A stretch of DNA of 62,301 nucleotides, taken from the sequence record SRR20825019_2768. One strand, 5' to 3'. Shown here piece by piece: positions 9,995 through 19,802 of the stretch; positions within the stretch are counted from its first letter, which is position 1; each line of letters starts with the position of its first letter. Made by a program: the position numbers and the translations under genes. Below the pieces are notes generated by a model that was not told the DNA's origin, ran no database searches, and saw only the letters and a list, made by a program, of their open reading frames with translations.

Positions 9995-11461
9995 ATGCAA
10001 ATCTCGTTTGCTGCACTTGAATTGCCCTCATCGGGCGCTGTCGCATTTCTGGTAGAAAAGGATAAGCCTCTTGCGGGACTGGCGGCAGAGGCCGATAGCA
10101 AAACGAACGGCGCTCTTTCCAAGGCTGCTGCCGCATCCCGATTCAATGGCGCATCAGGACAGACCCTTGAAGTGGTTGCACCTTCAGGCCTTGAGGCGGA
10201 GCGAGTGCTCTTGGTTGGTGTGGGTGAAACGGGGAAATCGGTTGCGCAAGACTGGGTTGAGACCGGTGCAGCAGTCGCCGCAGCACTCCTTGGTTCTGGC
10301 AGCTCAGAAGCGACCGTCGTTGCTGACGCGAATGGTGCTGATGCACTTGCGTTGGCGGAAGGCGCCCTTCTGCGCTCCTACCGATTTGACAAATACCGCA
10401 CTAAAGAGCCAGAAAGCAAAAAGCCTACACTGAAGGCCCTGACGGTCTCAGGTGCTGCATCGGATGCGGCGAGCGCTTTCGCTGCACGCAAAGCTGTGAT
10501 CGACGGTGTGTTTCTCACTCGTGACCTCGTATCAGAGCCCGCCAACGTGCTTTACCCTGCTAGCTTCTCTGAGCGCATAAACGAGCTGACAGAGCTGGGT
10601 GTGGAAGTAGAAGTGCTTGGCGAGGCAGAAATGACCAAGCTTGGTATGGGTGCCCTTCTGGGCGTAGGCCAAGGCTCCGATCGCGAAAGCCAGCTTGCTA
10701 TTATGGTATGGAATGGTGGTGCTGAGGGCGAAGCGCCAATCAGCTTTGTAGGCAAGGGTGTAACCTTTGATACTGGCGGTATCTCGCTCAAGCCCGGTGA
10801 GGGCATGGAGCAGATGAAGTGGGATATGGGCGGTGCAGGCACAGTCGTTGGCCTGATGAAGGCTCTGGCTGGCCGCAAGGCAAAAGTAAATGTGGTGGCG
10901 ATTGTGGGGCTAGTTGAAAACATGCCATCAGGCAACGCCCAGCGCCCAGGTGACGTGGTTACATCAATGTCAGGCCAAACCATTGAAATTCTAAACACAG
11001 ATGCTGAGGGTCGTTTGGTTCTCGCTGATGCGCTTTGGTACTGCCAGGAACGGTTTAAGCCTAAGTTTATGGTGGATTTGGCTACATTGACCGGTGCGAT
11101 CATCATCACATTGGGTCATGAACACGCAGGCATCTTCACTGATGACGATACGCTTGCGAAGCAGCTTGAAGCTGCTGGCGGCACAACAGGTGACAAAGTG
11201 TGGCGCCTTCCGCTTCATAAAAACTATGACAAGCTGATTGACTGCCCAATCGCTGATATGAAGAACATCGGCGGCCGCGCTGCGGGCTCCATTACGGCCG
11301 CACAATTCCTGCGCCGGTTTACCAACGACATTCCATGGTGTCACATCGATATTGCAGGCACTGTCTGGTCCGAGAAAGACCTGCCACTCTCAGAAAAGGG
11401 CGGCACAGGATACGGCGTACGCCTGCTGGACCGCTTCGTGGCGGATAATTACGAGGGATAA
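9995..11461 (+). CDS. pepA: Leucyl aminopeptidase (M17)
   Basis: VGKGVTFDTGG, MKWDMGGA, NTDAEGRL, DLATLTGA. Confidence 0.97.
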   Translation: MQISFAALELPSSGAVAFLVEKDKPLAGLAAEADSKTNGALSKAAAASRFNGASGQTLEVVAPSGLEAERVLLVGVGETGKSVAQDWVETGAAVAAALLGSGSSEATVVADANGADALALAEGALLRSYRFDKYRTKEPESKKPTLKALTVSGAASDAASAFAARKAVIDGVFLTRDLVSEPANVLYPASFSERINELTELGVEVEVLGEAEMTKLGMGALLGVGQGSDRESQLAIMVWNGGAEGEAPISFVGKGVTFDTGGISLKPGEGMEQMKWDMGGAGTVVGLMKALAGRKAKVNVVAIVGLVENMPSGNAQRPGDVVTSMSGQTIEILNTDAEGRLVLADALWYCQERFKPKFMVDLATLTGAIIITLGHEHAGIFTDDDTLAKQLEAAGGTTGDKVWRLPLHKNYDKLIDCPIADMKNIGGRAAGSITAAQFLRRFTNDIPWCHIDIAGTVWSEKDLPLSEKGGTGYGVRLLDRFVADNYEG

Positions 11462-11466
11462 GCCCT

Positions 11467-11916
11467 GTGGCGGACATACGGTTCTATCATTTGCAGCGGC
11501 AAACGCTTGAGGAAGCCCTTCCCAAGCTGATGGAGCGGGTCGTTGATGCCGGGCTTAGTGCCCATATCAAAGTGCCTGACCGCGGCATGATGGAAACCTT
11601 GAACAAAGTCTTGTGGGATTACGATCCTGCAAGCTTCCTGCCTCACGACATGGAAGGGTGTGAGCACCCTGATGAACAGATGCTTTACCTGACGACAGGG
11701 GACGAGAAGGTAAACGGCGCTTCCGTTCTTGTGTTGATTGATGCTGTGGCCAGCCCAGATGTCGCCGACTACGACCGCTGCCTTTATATGTTTGACGGGC
11801 GCAATGAAGACGTCGTTGCTGCCGCACGTGAGGCGTGGAAGGGTTTCAAAAGCATGGAAGGCGAAATGTCCTACTGGCAACAGCGGGAGATGGGTGGTTG
11901 GGAGCAGAAAGCGTGA
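11467..11916 (+). CDS. holC: DNA polymerase III chi subunit
   Basis: IRFYHL, LW....SFLPH, AAREAWK, SYWQQ...GGW; follows pepA. Confidence 0.92.
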   Translation: MADIRFYHLQRQTLEEALPKLMERVVDAGLSAHIKVPDRGMMETLNKVLWDYDPASFLPHDMEGCEHPDEQMLYLTTGDEKVNGASVLVLIDAVASPDVADYDRCLYMFDGRNEDVVAAAREAWKGFKSMEGEMSYWQQREMGGWEQKA

Positions 11917-12368
11917 GCAAGTCTTCCTCAACGCATAGCTCATTGCCATATTTCATCTCAACTGATCTCAGCCTTTTTGACATGCCGCTCGTCCATAGCT
12001 GGCTCACCGACACTTATTGGGCGAAAGGAATTCCGCTCAAGATTGTCGAGCAAAGCTTCAAAAATTCTCTTTCCTTTGGTGTCTTCCAGCGGGATGGTGC
12101 CCAAGTCGGATGCGCCCGCATGATCACAGACCGCGCCACGTTTGCTTATCTGGCGGATGTATATCTCGCTGATAGTTGTCGTGGTAAGGGCCTGGGCCGC
12201 TGGATGATGGATATGATCATGGCGCATGATGACCTGCAGGGGCTCAGGCGGATGATGCTGGCCACAAGCGATATGCACACGCTATACAAACAGGTGGGTT
12301 TTACAAGCCTCACCAACCCGGCTGTTATGATGGAAATCTCTGTGCCGGATATCTACTCCCGCCATTAA
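11913..12368 (+). CDS. GNAT N-acetyltransferase (GTG start overlapping holC stop)
   Basis: YWAKGIP, ARMITDRATFAYLADVYL, RGKGLG acetyl-CoA motif, LYKQVGF. Confidence 0.88.
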   Translation: MSKSSSTHSSLPYFISTDLSLFDMPLVHSWLTDTYWAKGIPLKIVEQSFKNSLSFGVFQRDGAQVGCARMITDRATFAYLADVYLADSCRGKGLGRWMMDMIMAHDDLQGLRRMMLATSDMHTLYKQVGFTSLTNPAVMMEISVPDIYSRH

Positions 12369-12514
12369 GCCGCCAAGGCTTTGCCATAATTTCACACCAT
12401 GATGGAACCGTTCGCTTGGTTGAGGACGTTACAGTTTCTTTACGATTCGCATCTAAGCTGAACTGATAGGGGAGGACGTGTGTAATAGCCCAGCAGCAAG
12501 GCGAGGCGTCCCGT

Positions 12515-13390
12515 ATGTACAAGTTTGTGAAATGGAGTTTGAGTTTTGTCGTTAGCGGATATCTGCTGATTGCAGCAACGGCATATTTTTTTCAGGAACA
12601 TCTGATGTTCCACTTCGCACCGGTTCCCGACACCCACCGGTATCATTTCAATGCAAGTACCGAAGATGTTTGGCTGAGTAGTCAGGGTGGCCATTTGCAT
12701 GGGGTTTTGTTCAAAGCTGATGAGGGCAAGAAAGCCCGCGAGCTTGTGGTTTACTATAAGGGAAACGCGGGTAACGTTTCAGGGTCTGAGCGTATGGCCC
12801 GGTTGTTCCTTGGTATGGGGTATGATGTTCTCTCCATGGACTATCGTGGTTTTGGAAAAAGCCGTGGTGAGTTGTCTGAAGCAAGCTTGCTTGACGATGC
12901 TGAGCGTTGGTTCGATTGGGGCAGGGACAACTATGGTGACCAAAACGTGCGTGTTGTTGGTTATTCCATGGGTACGACTTTCGCGAGCCATGTGGCAGCG
13001 GCGAGGGCTGCCGGTAACGTCATTCTGTTTGCGCCGATGAAATCAGTCGTTGATATGGCGTCGCGTCGCTATCCGTTCCTACCAGAGTTTCTGACAAATT
13101 ATCCGCTCAGGAGCGATGAGAAACTTGCCGAGGCCCCGGGGCATGTGGTGATCTACCACGGAACCGCTGACGAGGTAGTCCCCTTCGCGTCCGGTGAAGG
13201 TTTGAAAGATTATTTGGGCCCTGACGATGCTTTTGTGCCGGTGGAAGGGGCGAACCATTATACCGTCGCCATTCAGACCTCGGTACAAGCCGATATTACA
13301 GCGCGATGGGGGGCTAGCGCCTCGACGCTAACACAAACGTTGCCGCAAGCAGGGCCAAGTCTTTCAAGAGAAAGTGCCCCGATGAACTAA
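12515..13390 (+). CDS. Membrane-anchored alpha/beta hydrolase (ABHD13/17-like)
   Basis: N-terminal TM, GNAGN, DYRGFGKS, GYSMG nucleophile elbow, HGTADEVVP, GANH. Confidence 0.88.
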   Translation: MYKFVKWSLSFVVSGYLLIAATAYFFQEHLMFHFAPVPDTHRYHFNASTEDVWLSSQGGHLHGVLFKADEGKKARELVVYYKGNAGNVSGSERMARLFLGMGYDVLSMDYRGFGKSRGELSEASLLDDAERWFDWGRDNYGDQNVRVVGYSMGTTFASHVAAARAAGNVILFAPMKSVVDMASRRYPFLPEFLTNYPLRSDEKLAEAPGHVVIYHGTADEVVPFASGEGLKDYLGPDDAFVPVEGANHYTVAIQTSVQADITARWGASASTLTQTLPQAGPSLSRESAPMN

Positions 13391-14162
13391 GGTATGGGAA
13401 CCCGCCCATAGTGCTGTGCCATGTCGGGGCAAAGCTCACCATGAAGCTAAGTGTGGTGATGAATGTTACAGCACATAAAAATAGCCCCAGCGTGAACAGG
13501 CGCTTGTTCCACCAATACCCCGTCAAAAGAGCGACCGTGATCAGCTCGATCACTCCAATCACATTCGAGGCACCTTGTTTGGTGAAGTAGGCGGTGAGCC
13601 ACCAGTTGAACACCGGGCTGGTTTTGAGGAGGGGATCAACACCATCTGCTTCGGGGCTGGTAAATTTCATACCACCTATCCAGGCAAGCACGACGATCAG
13701 ACCGACCAGCATGACCGTTTCAGCGTGACGGCTGCCCAGCCGCCACATCGCGAGGCCCAGCAGGGTTAGATATTTGATGATGCCTTGCCCAGCACCAATG
13801 GCAGGAAAACCGCCAAGGCTGTCAATCCAAACAGGGTTGGTGAGCATTAGGCTAAGTGCGCCAAGGCTATAGAGGGCTGTGAACATGTAGGCGAGGCGTT
13901 TGATGTTATCTGGCACCGAGTGCAGGGCTATCAGCAATCCAGAGAGCGCCTGCAGCCCACCAATGCCCCACATGATATAGGTTTTGTGAGGCAGTAGGCC
14001 GCTCAGAAACATGTGGCCCTTGATCCAGCGTTCCACAATGCCGCCTGATGCGCCTGAGATATTCATCAAGCCAAACCAGATAAGAAGAAGCGCGAGCGAT
14101 AGTGTTACAAAAAGCTCGGTGAAGCCACGGGTTGGCCGTAGCCGTTCGATAGCGGAAATCAT
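13314..14162 (-). CDS. DUF417 / YkgB-RclC-like inner-membrane protein with two tandem domains
   Basis: C-half WIGGMKFT..EA.GV, IGVIE, GGFP.LS..G.FLLKDL; N-half is a diverged second copy. Confidence 0.8.
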   Translation of the reverse strand: MISAIERLRPTRGFTELFVTLSLALLLIWFGLMNISGASGGIVERWIKGHMFLSGLLPHKTYIMWGIGGLQALSGLLIALHSVPDNIKRLAYMFTALYSLGALSLMLTNPVWIDSLGGFPAIGAGQGIIKYLTLLGLAMWRLGSRHAETVMLVGLIVVLAWIGGMKFTSPEADGVDPLLKTSPVFNWWLTAYFTKQGASNVIGVIELITVALLTGYWWNKRLFTLGLFLCAVTFITTLSFMVSFAPTWHSTMGGFPYLSSSGHFLLKDLALLAATFVLASRR

Positions 14163-14233
14163 GGAGTGCCCCTCATTGACGCCTAACCTCTAAGTAGGAC
14201 CAATAGGACCAGAGCTATCGGGAAGGTCAAGCC

Positions 14234-16132
14234 CTATGACGCGTTATTCACAGCGTCTTGAGCATTTGTGTAGGCTTCTTCCGCTGCCATCCAGGCATCT
14301 TCGGCTTCAGTAATCTGAGCCGTTAGTTCTGCACCCATCTTGGAAAGCTTGGCGACTTTATCTTCCTGGCCCGGCTCATAAAGCTTTGGGTCCGCAAGGC
14401 GATTATCGACCCGCTCTTTGTCGGCAATAAGCTTCTCAAGGGTCGCTTCCGCGCGTTCTGCCGCACGGCGATAAGGCGCAAGCTGTCGCCTGAGCTCAGC
14501 GGCGTTTTGGCGGGCAGCCTTTTTTTGATTTTCCTGCTTGGGGCCACGGCGCTCCGCACGTTCGCCGGAGCGTTCCTTGAGAAGGTGCTGCTTGTAATCT
14601 TCCAGATCACCGTCAAAACGTTTCACGTCGCCTTTTTCAACGATCCAGAGCCTGTCAACGCATGCTTCCACCAAGTGCCTGTCGTGGCTGATCAGCAACA
14701 CAGCGCCATCATATTCATTGATGGCATGGATAAGCGCTTCGCGGCTGTCCACATCCAGGTGGTTTGTGGGTTCATCAAGGATGATAAGTTGCGGCGCTTC
14801 AAACGTGGCCAGCGCGAACATCAGCCGCGCTTTTTCACCACCAGAGAGTGATTCTACAGGGCGGTCGGCTTTATCCGCACCAAAGCCAAAAGACCCAAGG
14901 CGGGCCCGCACTTTGGCTTCGATAGCATCCGGCATCATTTTTTGAAGGTGGTTGAGCGGGGAGGTTTTAGCCACAAGCTCGTCGAGCTGATGCTGCGCAA
15001 AATAACCAACCTTCAGCACGCGCGACTTGCGCATCTTGCCTTCCATGGGCTTGAGCTTGTCCGCAATCAACTTCGCGAATGTAGACTTGCCGTTGCCGTT
15101 CGCACCAAGAAGGGCGATGCGATCATCCATGTCAACCCGCAGGTCCAGCTTCTTGAGGATAGGGTTACCTTCCTCATACCCCACGCTGGCTTCTTCAAGT
15201 GCAACAAGCGGGGAGGACAGGGGATCGGGCTTCGGGAAACGGAACGGGACGGTATGGGCCTCAACCATGGTGGCGATAGGCTTCATGCGTTCAAGCGCTT
15301 TCAGGCGGCTTTGGGCCTGCTTGGCTTTACTGGCCTTGGCCTTGAAACGATCAACGAACGACTGGATATGCCTGCGTTCAGCTTCCTGCTTGGTTTTGAG
15401 CGCCATCTGGCGCTCCATCAACTCGTGCCGAAGCTGTTCAAAGCGGTCATAACCGCCAGTATAAAGGTTCAGCTTGGTTTGCTCGAGGTGCACAATATGG
15501 GTGACCGCCTTGTTGAGGAGGTCCCTGTCGTGGCTGACAATAAGAACGGTATATGGGTATGAGCGCAGGAAGTTCTCAAGCCACATCACGCCTTCAAGGT
15601 CGAGATAGTTTGTTGGCTCATCAAGAAGCAGAAGGTCTGGCTCGTTAAACAGCACGCAGGCGAGGGCTACGCGCATACGCCAACCGCCGGAATAGCTTGA
15701 ACATGGCCGTGCTTGAGCTTCTTCGTTAAAACCAAGGCCCGCGAGAATTGTCGCCGCCCGTGCTTCCGCAACATGAGCGCCAATATCAGCGAGGCGGGTA
15801 TGAATTTCTGCAACCCGTTGCGGGTCTGTTGCGGTTTCGGCCTCGGCTTCCAGCGCGGTCATTTCCTTATTAGACCGCAGCACTGTCTCAAGCAGGCTTT
15901 GTGGGCCGTCAGGCGCCTCCTGGCCAACATGGCCAACGCGCGCGCGCGGTCTGATAGAGATATCACCAGATTCGGCCGCCAGTTCACCAAGGATCATTTT
16001 AAGAAGAGTTGACTTGCCAGCGCCGTTTCGCCCGACAAAACCAACTTTATGGCCAGCGGGTATATGCACCGTTGCCGCATCAAAGAGGATACGGTCACCA
16101 ATTCTGAATGTTATGTCGTTGATATGCAGCAT
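14234..16132 (-). CDS. ABC-F family ribosome-associated ATPase (YheS-like)
   Basis: Two NBDs (GRNGAGKST, GANGNGKST; SGGW, SGGE; two DEPTN), no TM segments, C-terminal coiled coil; start taken at MLHINDI. Confidence 0.93.
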   Translation of the reverse strand: MLHINDITFRIGDRILFDAATVHIPAGHKVGFVGRNGAGKSTLLKMILGELAAESGDISIRPRARVGHVGQEAPDGPQSLLETVLRSNKEMTALEAEAETATDPQRVAEIHTRLADIGAHVAEARAATILAGLGFNEEAQARPCSSYSGGWRMRVALACVLFNEPDLLLLDEPTNYLDLEGVMWLENFLRSYPYTVLIVSHDRDLLNKAVTHIVHLEQTKLNLYTGGYDRFEQLRHELMERQMALKTKQEAERRHIQSFVDRFKAKASKAKQAQSRLKALERMKPIATMVEAHTVPFRFPKPDPLSSPLVALEEASVGYEEGNPILKKLDLRVDMDDRIALLGANGNGKSTFAKLIADKLKPMEGKMRKSRVLKVGYFAQHQLDELVAKTSPLNHLQKMMPDAIEAKVRARLGSFGFGADKADRPVESLSGGEKARLMFALATFEAPQLIILDEPTNHLDVDSREALIHAINEYDGAVLLISHDRHLVEACVDRLWIVEKGDVKRFDGDLEDYKQHLLKERSGERAERRGPKQENQKKAARQNAAELRRQLAPYRRAAERAEATLEKLIADKERVDNRLADPKLYEPGQEDKVAKLSKMGAELTAQITEAEDAWMAAEEAYTNAQDAVNNAS

Positions 16133-16270
16133 GGAGCGCGAGGTATCACATGCCGCCGGGGCTGGCAATGCCACAAACACGCCAATGCACGCAAGGCTTG
16201 GCTTTCCGGTAATTAGAAGCTATAAGGCGCGCGAATCTGTTTAACCCCCATTTGTACAAGGGATAGTCAC

Positions 16271-16693
16271 ATGGCTGTGCAACGCACTTTTTCGATCATT
16301 AAACCAGACGCGACCAACCGCAACCTGACTGGTGCTGTAAACGCCAAGCTTGAAGAAGCTGGCCTGCGCATCGTTGCGCAAAAGCGTATCCAGATGACCC
16401 AGGCTCAAGCTGAAACTTTCTACGCTGTTCACTCTGAGCGTCCTTTCTTCGGTGAGCTGGTTGAGTTCATGACATCTGCTCCTGTTGTTGTACAGGTGCT
16501 GGAAGGCGAAAAGGCTGTCCTGAAAAACCGCGAAGTTATGGGGGCTACGAACCCATCTGAAGCTGCTGAGGGCACAATCCGTAAAGAGTTCGCTCTTTCA
16601 ATCGGCGAAAACTCCGTTCACGGTTCAGACAGTGAAGAAAACGCAGCGATCGAAATCGCTCAGTTCTTCGCTGGTAATGAGATTGTTGGCTAA
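16271..16693 (+). CDS. ndk: Nucleoside diphosphate kinase
   Basis: [25 protein letters not shown]. Confidence 0.98.
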   Translation: MAVQRTFSIIKPDATNRNLTGAVNAKLEEAGLRIVAQKRIQMTQAQAETFYAVHSERPFFGELVEFMTSAPVVVQVLEGEKAVLKNREVMGATNPSEAAEGTIRKEFALSIGENSVHGSDSEENAAIEIAQFFAGNEIVG

Positions 16694-16723
16694 TCAGCCA
16701 CTCTCAATGCTGATGAATTCGAG

Positions 16724-16755
16724 AAGGCCGGGGCAAACTGCTCCGGCCTTTTTCT
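16724..16755. terminator. Terminator hairpin between convergent ndk and purN
   Basis: AAGGCCGGGGCA pairs with TGCTCCGGCCTT, followed by TTTCT. Confidence 0.8.
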
Positions 16756-16771
16756 ATGCGTGATTATGGTG

Positions 16772-17425
16772 TCAGGGAAGGGGGCATATAAGCCCGGTCG
16801 CGGGCAATGCCACATCTTCCTTGATGACCACCTTGTGGCCGGAAACCCGCGCGTTGCCTTCAGCGATGAGGCGGACAGCGGCTGGGTACATGCGGTGCTC
16901 ATAGGTCAGCGTTTTGGCGATCAGGCTTTCTTCTGTCTCGTCAGGCGCAATTGGAATGGCGGCCTGCATGATAATCGGGCCATTATCCATTTCAGGCCGC
17001 ACGTAATGAATGGTGCATCCCGCAAATTTGACGCCGTCCTCCAGCGCGCGGGCGTGGGTATGCAGGCCTTTGTATGAAGGTAGCAGGGACGGATGGATGT
17101 TGATCATCCTGTCTTTCCAGCGCCCGACAAAATCCGCCCCCAAAAGGCGCATGAAACCCGCAAGACAAACGAGCTGTACTTTGTGTTCTGTCAGGCAATC
17201 ATGAATAGCGTCTTCAAATGCAGCGCGTTCTTCATACTCTTTATGGTCAATCGCGACCGCTTTAAGGCCGGCGGTGCGCGCACGCTCCAAGCCTTTGGCG
17301 TCGGGGCGGTTGGAAATAACGACCTCGATCTTGGCCGGATAGCCATGCTGCTGGCAGGCGTCTATGAGCGCTTGCAGGTTTGTGCCGCCACCTGAAATCA
17401 TGACACCGAGGCGTAATTTACGCAC
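16772..17425 (-). CDS. purN: Phosphoribosylglycinamide formyltransferase (GTG start)
   Basis: ISGGGTNLQAL, LAGFMR, INIHPSLLP, GCTIHYV, MDNGPII. Confidence 0.96.
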   Translation of the reverse strand: MRKLRLGVMISGGGTNLQALIDACQQHGYPAKIEVVISNRPDAKGLERARTAGLKAVAIDHKEYEERAAFEDAIHDCLTEHKVQLVCLAGFMRLLGADFVGRWKDRMINIHPSLLPSYKGLHTHARALEDGVKFAGCTIHYVRPEMDNGPIIMQAAIPIAPDETEESLIAKTLTYEHRMYPAAVRLIAEGNARVSGHKVVIKEDVALPATGLICPLP

Positions 17426-17429
17426 GCTC

Positions 17430-18536
17430 TTAACCTTCCGCTGTGATGGCAGACCAGTTTTTCTCGGCCCCCCAGGTACCTGCACGGCCGGTTACCCGAC
17501 ATTTAGGTGAGCCGCTGCCTTCGGTGATTTGCCCAATTATATAGACGGTTTCACCATGCTCCTCAAATACCTCTTTGGCTGCGGCAGCATGCTCAGCAGA
17601 GACAACTACCACCATGCCAATGCCGCAGTTAAAGGTGCGGGACATCTCGGCGGTTTCAATATTACCTTCATTCTGCAGCCAGCCAAATACGGCTGGCAAC
17701 TGCCAGGCTCCGCTGTCGATCTCTGCAAGCGTGTTCTTGGGCATGACGCGCGGTACGTTTTCAAGGAAACCGCCGCCTGTGATGTGAGAAAGGGCTTTAA
17801 CGTAACCCTCTTTAATCGCGGCGAGGCAGCTCTTAACATATATTTTTGTTGGTGCCAGTAGAGCTTGACCAAGTGTTACACCATTATCAAACGGTGCTTT
17901 ATCTGCGTAGCTAAAGCCTTTGTCGCCCACAATGCGGCGAATAAGGGAATAACCGTTCGAATGTGTACCGTTGGAAGCGAGCCCGAGAAGGACATCACCA
18001 GCCTGGACCGTGGAGCCGTCTATCAACGTACCACGCTCAGCTGCACCAACGGCAAAACCGGCTAGGTCATAATCCTTGTCCTGATACATGCCCGGCATTT
18101 CAGCTGTTTCGCCGCCGATTAGTGCGCAGCCTGCTTGACGGCACCCTTCCGCGATACCTGCGACAACATCCGTCATTTGTGCGACGTCAAGGTGGCCTGT
18201 AGCCATATAGTCAAGGAACAACAGTGGTTCGGCGCCTTGAACGACAAGGTCGTTCACACACATGGCAACGAGGTCGATACCGACCGTGCCGTGCAGCTCC
18301 GCATCGATAGCGACTTTGAGCTTGGTGCCCACACCGTCGTTAGCAGCAACAAGAATGGGATCGTTAAAGCCAGCAGCCCTCAGATCAAATAGACCACCAA
18401 ACCCACCAAGGTCGGCATCAGCGCCGGGCCGGCGCGTGGATGCAGCCAGTGGTTTGATGTTTTCTACAAGAGCTTCGCCCGCGTCAATGTCAACGCCAGC
18501 CTGCTTATAGGTATATGATTGAGTATTTTCTGCCAC
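17430..18536 (-). CDS. purM: AIR synthetase (GTG start)
   Basis: [44 protein letters not shown]. Confidence 0.97.
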   Translation of the reverse strand: MAENTQSYTYKQAGVDIDAGEALVENIKPLAASTRRPGADADLGGFGGLFDLRAAGFNDPILVAANDGVGTKLKVAIDAELHGTVGIDLVAMCVNDLVVQGAEPLLFLDYMATGHLDVAQMTDVVAGIAEGCRQAGCALIGGETAEMPGMYQDKDYDLAGFAVGAAERGTLIDGSTVQAGDVLLGLASNGTHSNGYSLIRRIVGDKGFSYADKAPFDNGVTLGQALLAPTKIYVKSCLAAIKEGYVKALSHITGGGFLENVPRVMPKNTLAEIDSGAWQLPAVFGWLQNEGNIETAEMSRTFNCGIGMVVVVSAEHAAAAKEVFEEHGETVYIIGQITEGSGSPKCRVTGRAGTWGAEKNWSAITAEG

Positions 18537-18662
18537 GATAGAGACCCGTCCTGCCGCAAATAAGGCAAAATTGCTTGCCAGCCTATCCGCCACTGGCAAT
18601 TGGTTGCCCAATTGTTATAACCAGTTGCTATAAGGGGGCGTTATAGTGTCGCTGCGCCTGTT

Positions 18663-19793
18663 ATGAAAGAGTTTATGCATAAGTATTTTAGAAATAGCAC
18701 AGTTTTTCAGCTCGCTTTTGCGATTTTGGTGAGCTTGATGCTTTTGGCTGGCTTGTTCGTCCCCGTGCAGGCGGGAGACGACCGTACCGATCGCCTGTTT
18801 ACTATTCGCGACATCAAGGTAGATGAGGTTGCTTCCCGTGCCAGCCAGGCTAGGGAAACAGCGCTTGAAAAGGCGGAGATGCAGGCCTATCAAACGCTGA
18901 TCCGCAAGCTGGCGCAGGAAGATGGCAGGCAGCGACTGCCCGAACTTGCCCGCCCCGAAATTCAGGCGCTGATCACAGCGATTGAGGTGGTGGAAGAACA
19001 ATCCTCATCTCGCCGATATCTTGCAACTTTGAACGTACGGTTTGAACCGAACGTTGTTAGTGATCTTTTAGCCAAATACAACGTGCCGCACGTGTTGAGC
19101 ACCGGGCAGGGCATTCTTGTGCTTCACGGGCATAAACGCGGACTTACAGAGCTTTTATGGGAACAGGACCAGGCCGTTGAGGCTGCGCGTGAGCGCGTCG
19201 ATTGGGTCAATCGAATCAGAGGTTATGTTTTCCCGCGCGGTGAGATAGCTGAGCGAGCGGCTGTTACCTTTGGTGAGGTGCAAACATTATCTGCTGGTGA
19301 AGTGAAGGAAATAGCACTGCGCTACGATGTGAGAGACGCGCTACTGATCTCAAGCGAGTGGACGATGGGCGCTTATGGGCCAGAGCTTAGCTACCGATAT
19401 CGTTCAACAGACGGTGGTATGCAGGGCGACGGTATCATTGATGAGGCGCCCGATGAGGTGACAGGGCTTGCCTCAATGTATGAAAATGTGCTTGAGACCA
19501 TCGATAGCGCCTGGCGGAGCCAACTGCTGGTGGATACAGGCACTGGTGGAGAAATTATTGCACTAGTGCCGACCACATCTCTTGATGTTTTGACTAATAT
19601 TCAAGCCAGGCTTGAGGATGTGTCGTTAGTGCGGGAGTTTAGGACAGTCGAGATCGGCCTGCCGTTTAGCCGCATTGCCTTCAGTTATACGGGGCGCGAA
19701 GATCAACTAGTGCTGGCTCTTCGTTATGCCGGGCTGGATTTGGGTAGTTACGGGAGAGAGCGGCTGCTTGGGCCACGTACAGAGGCCAAATAG
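18663..19793 (+). CDS. Exported DUF2066-like protein
   Basis: Signal peptide, VDEVA..AS.ARE.A, E..S..RYLATLNVRF; usual position divergent from purM. Confidence 0.7.
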   Translation: MKEFMHKYFRNSTVFQLAFAILVSLMLLAGLFVPVQAGDDRTDRLFTIRDIKVDEVASRASQARETALEKAEMQAYQTLIRKLAQEDGRQRLPELARPEIQALITAIEVVEEQSSSRRYLATLNVRFEPNVVSDLLAKYNVPHVLSTGQGILVLHGHKRGLTELLWEQDQAVEAARERVDWVNRIRGYVFPRGEIAERAAVTFGEVQTLSAGEVKEIALRYDVRDALLISSEWTMGAYGPELSYRYRSTDGGMQGDGIIDEAPDEVTGLASMYENVLETIDSAWRSQLLVDTGTGGEIIALVPTTSLDVLTNIQARLEDVSLVREFRTVEIGLPFSRIAFSYTGREDQLVLALRYAGLDLGSYGRERLLGPRTEAK

Positions 19794-19802
19794 GGGGACG
19801 TT

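Noticed and set aside
12404-12430. GGAAC...CGTT, an EcfG/SigT-like promoter
   Set aside because: Spacer is 18 nt, longer than the usual 16-17
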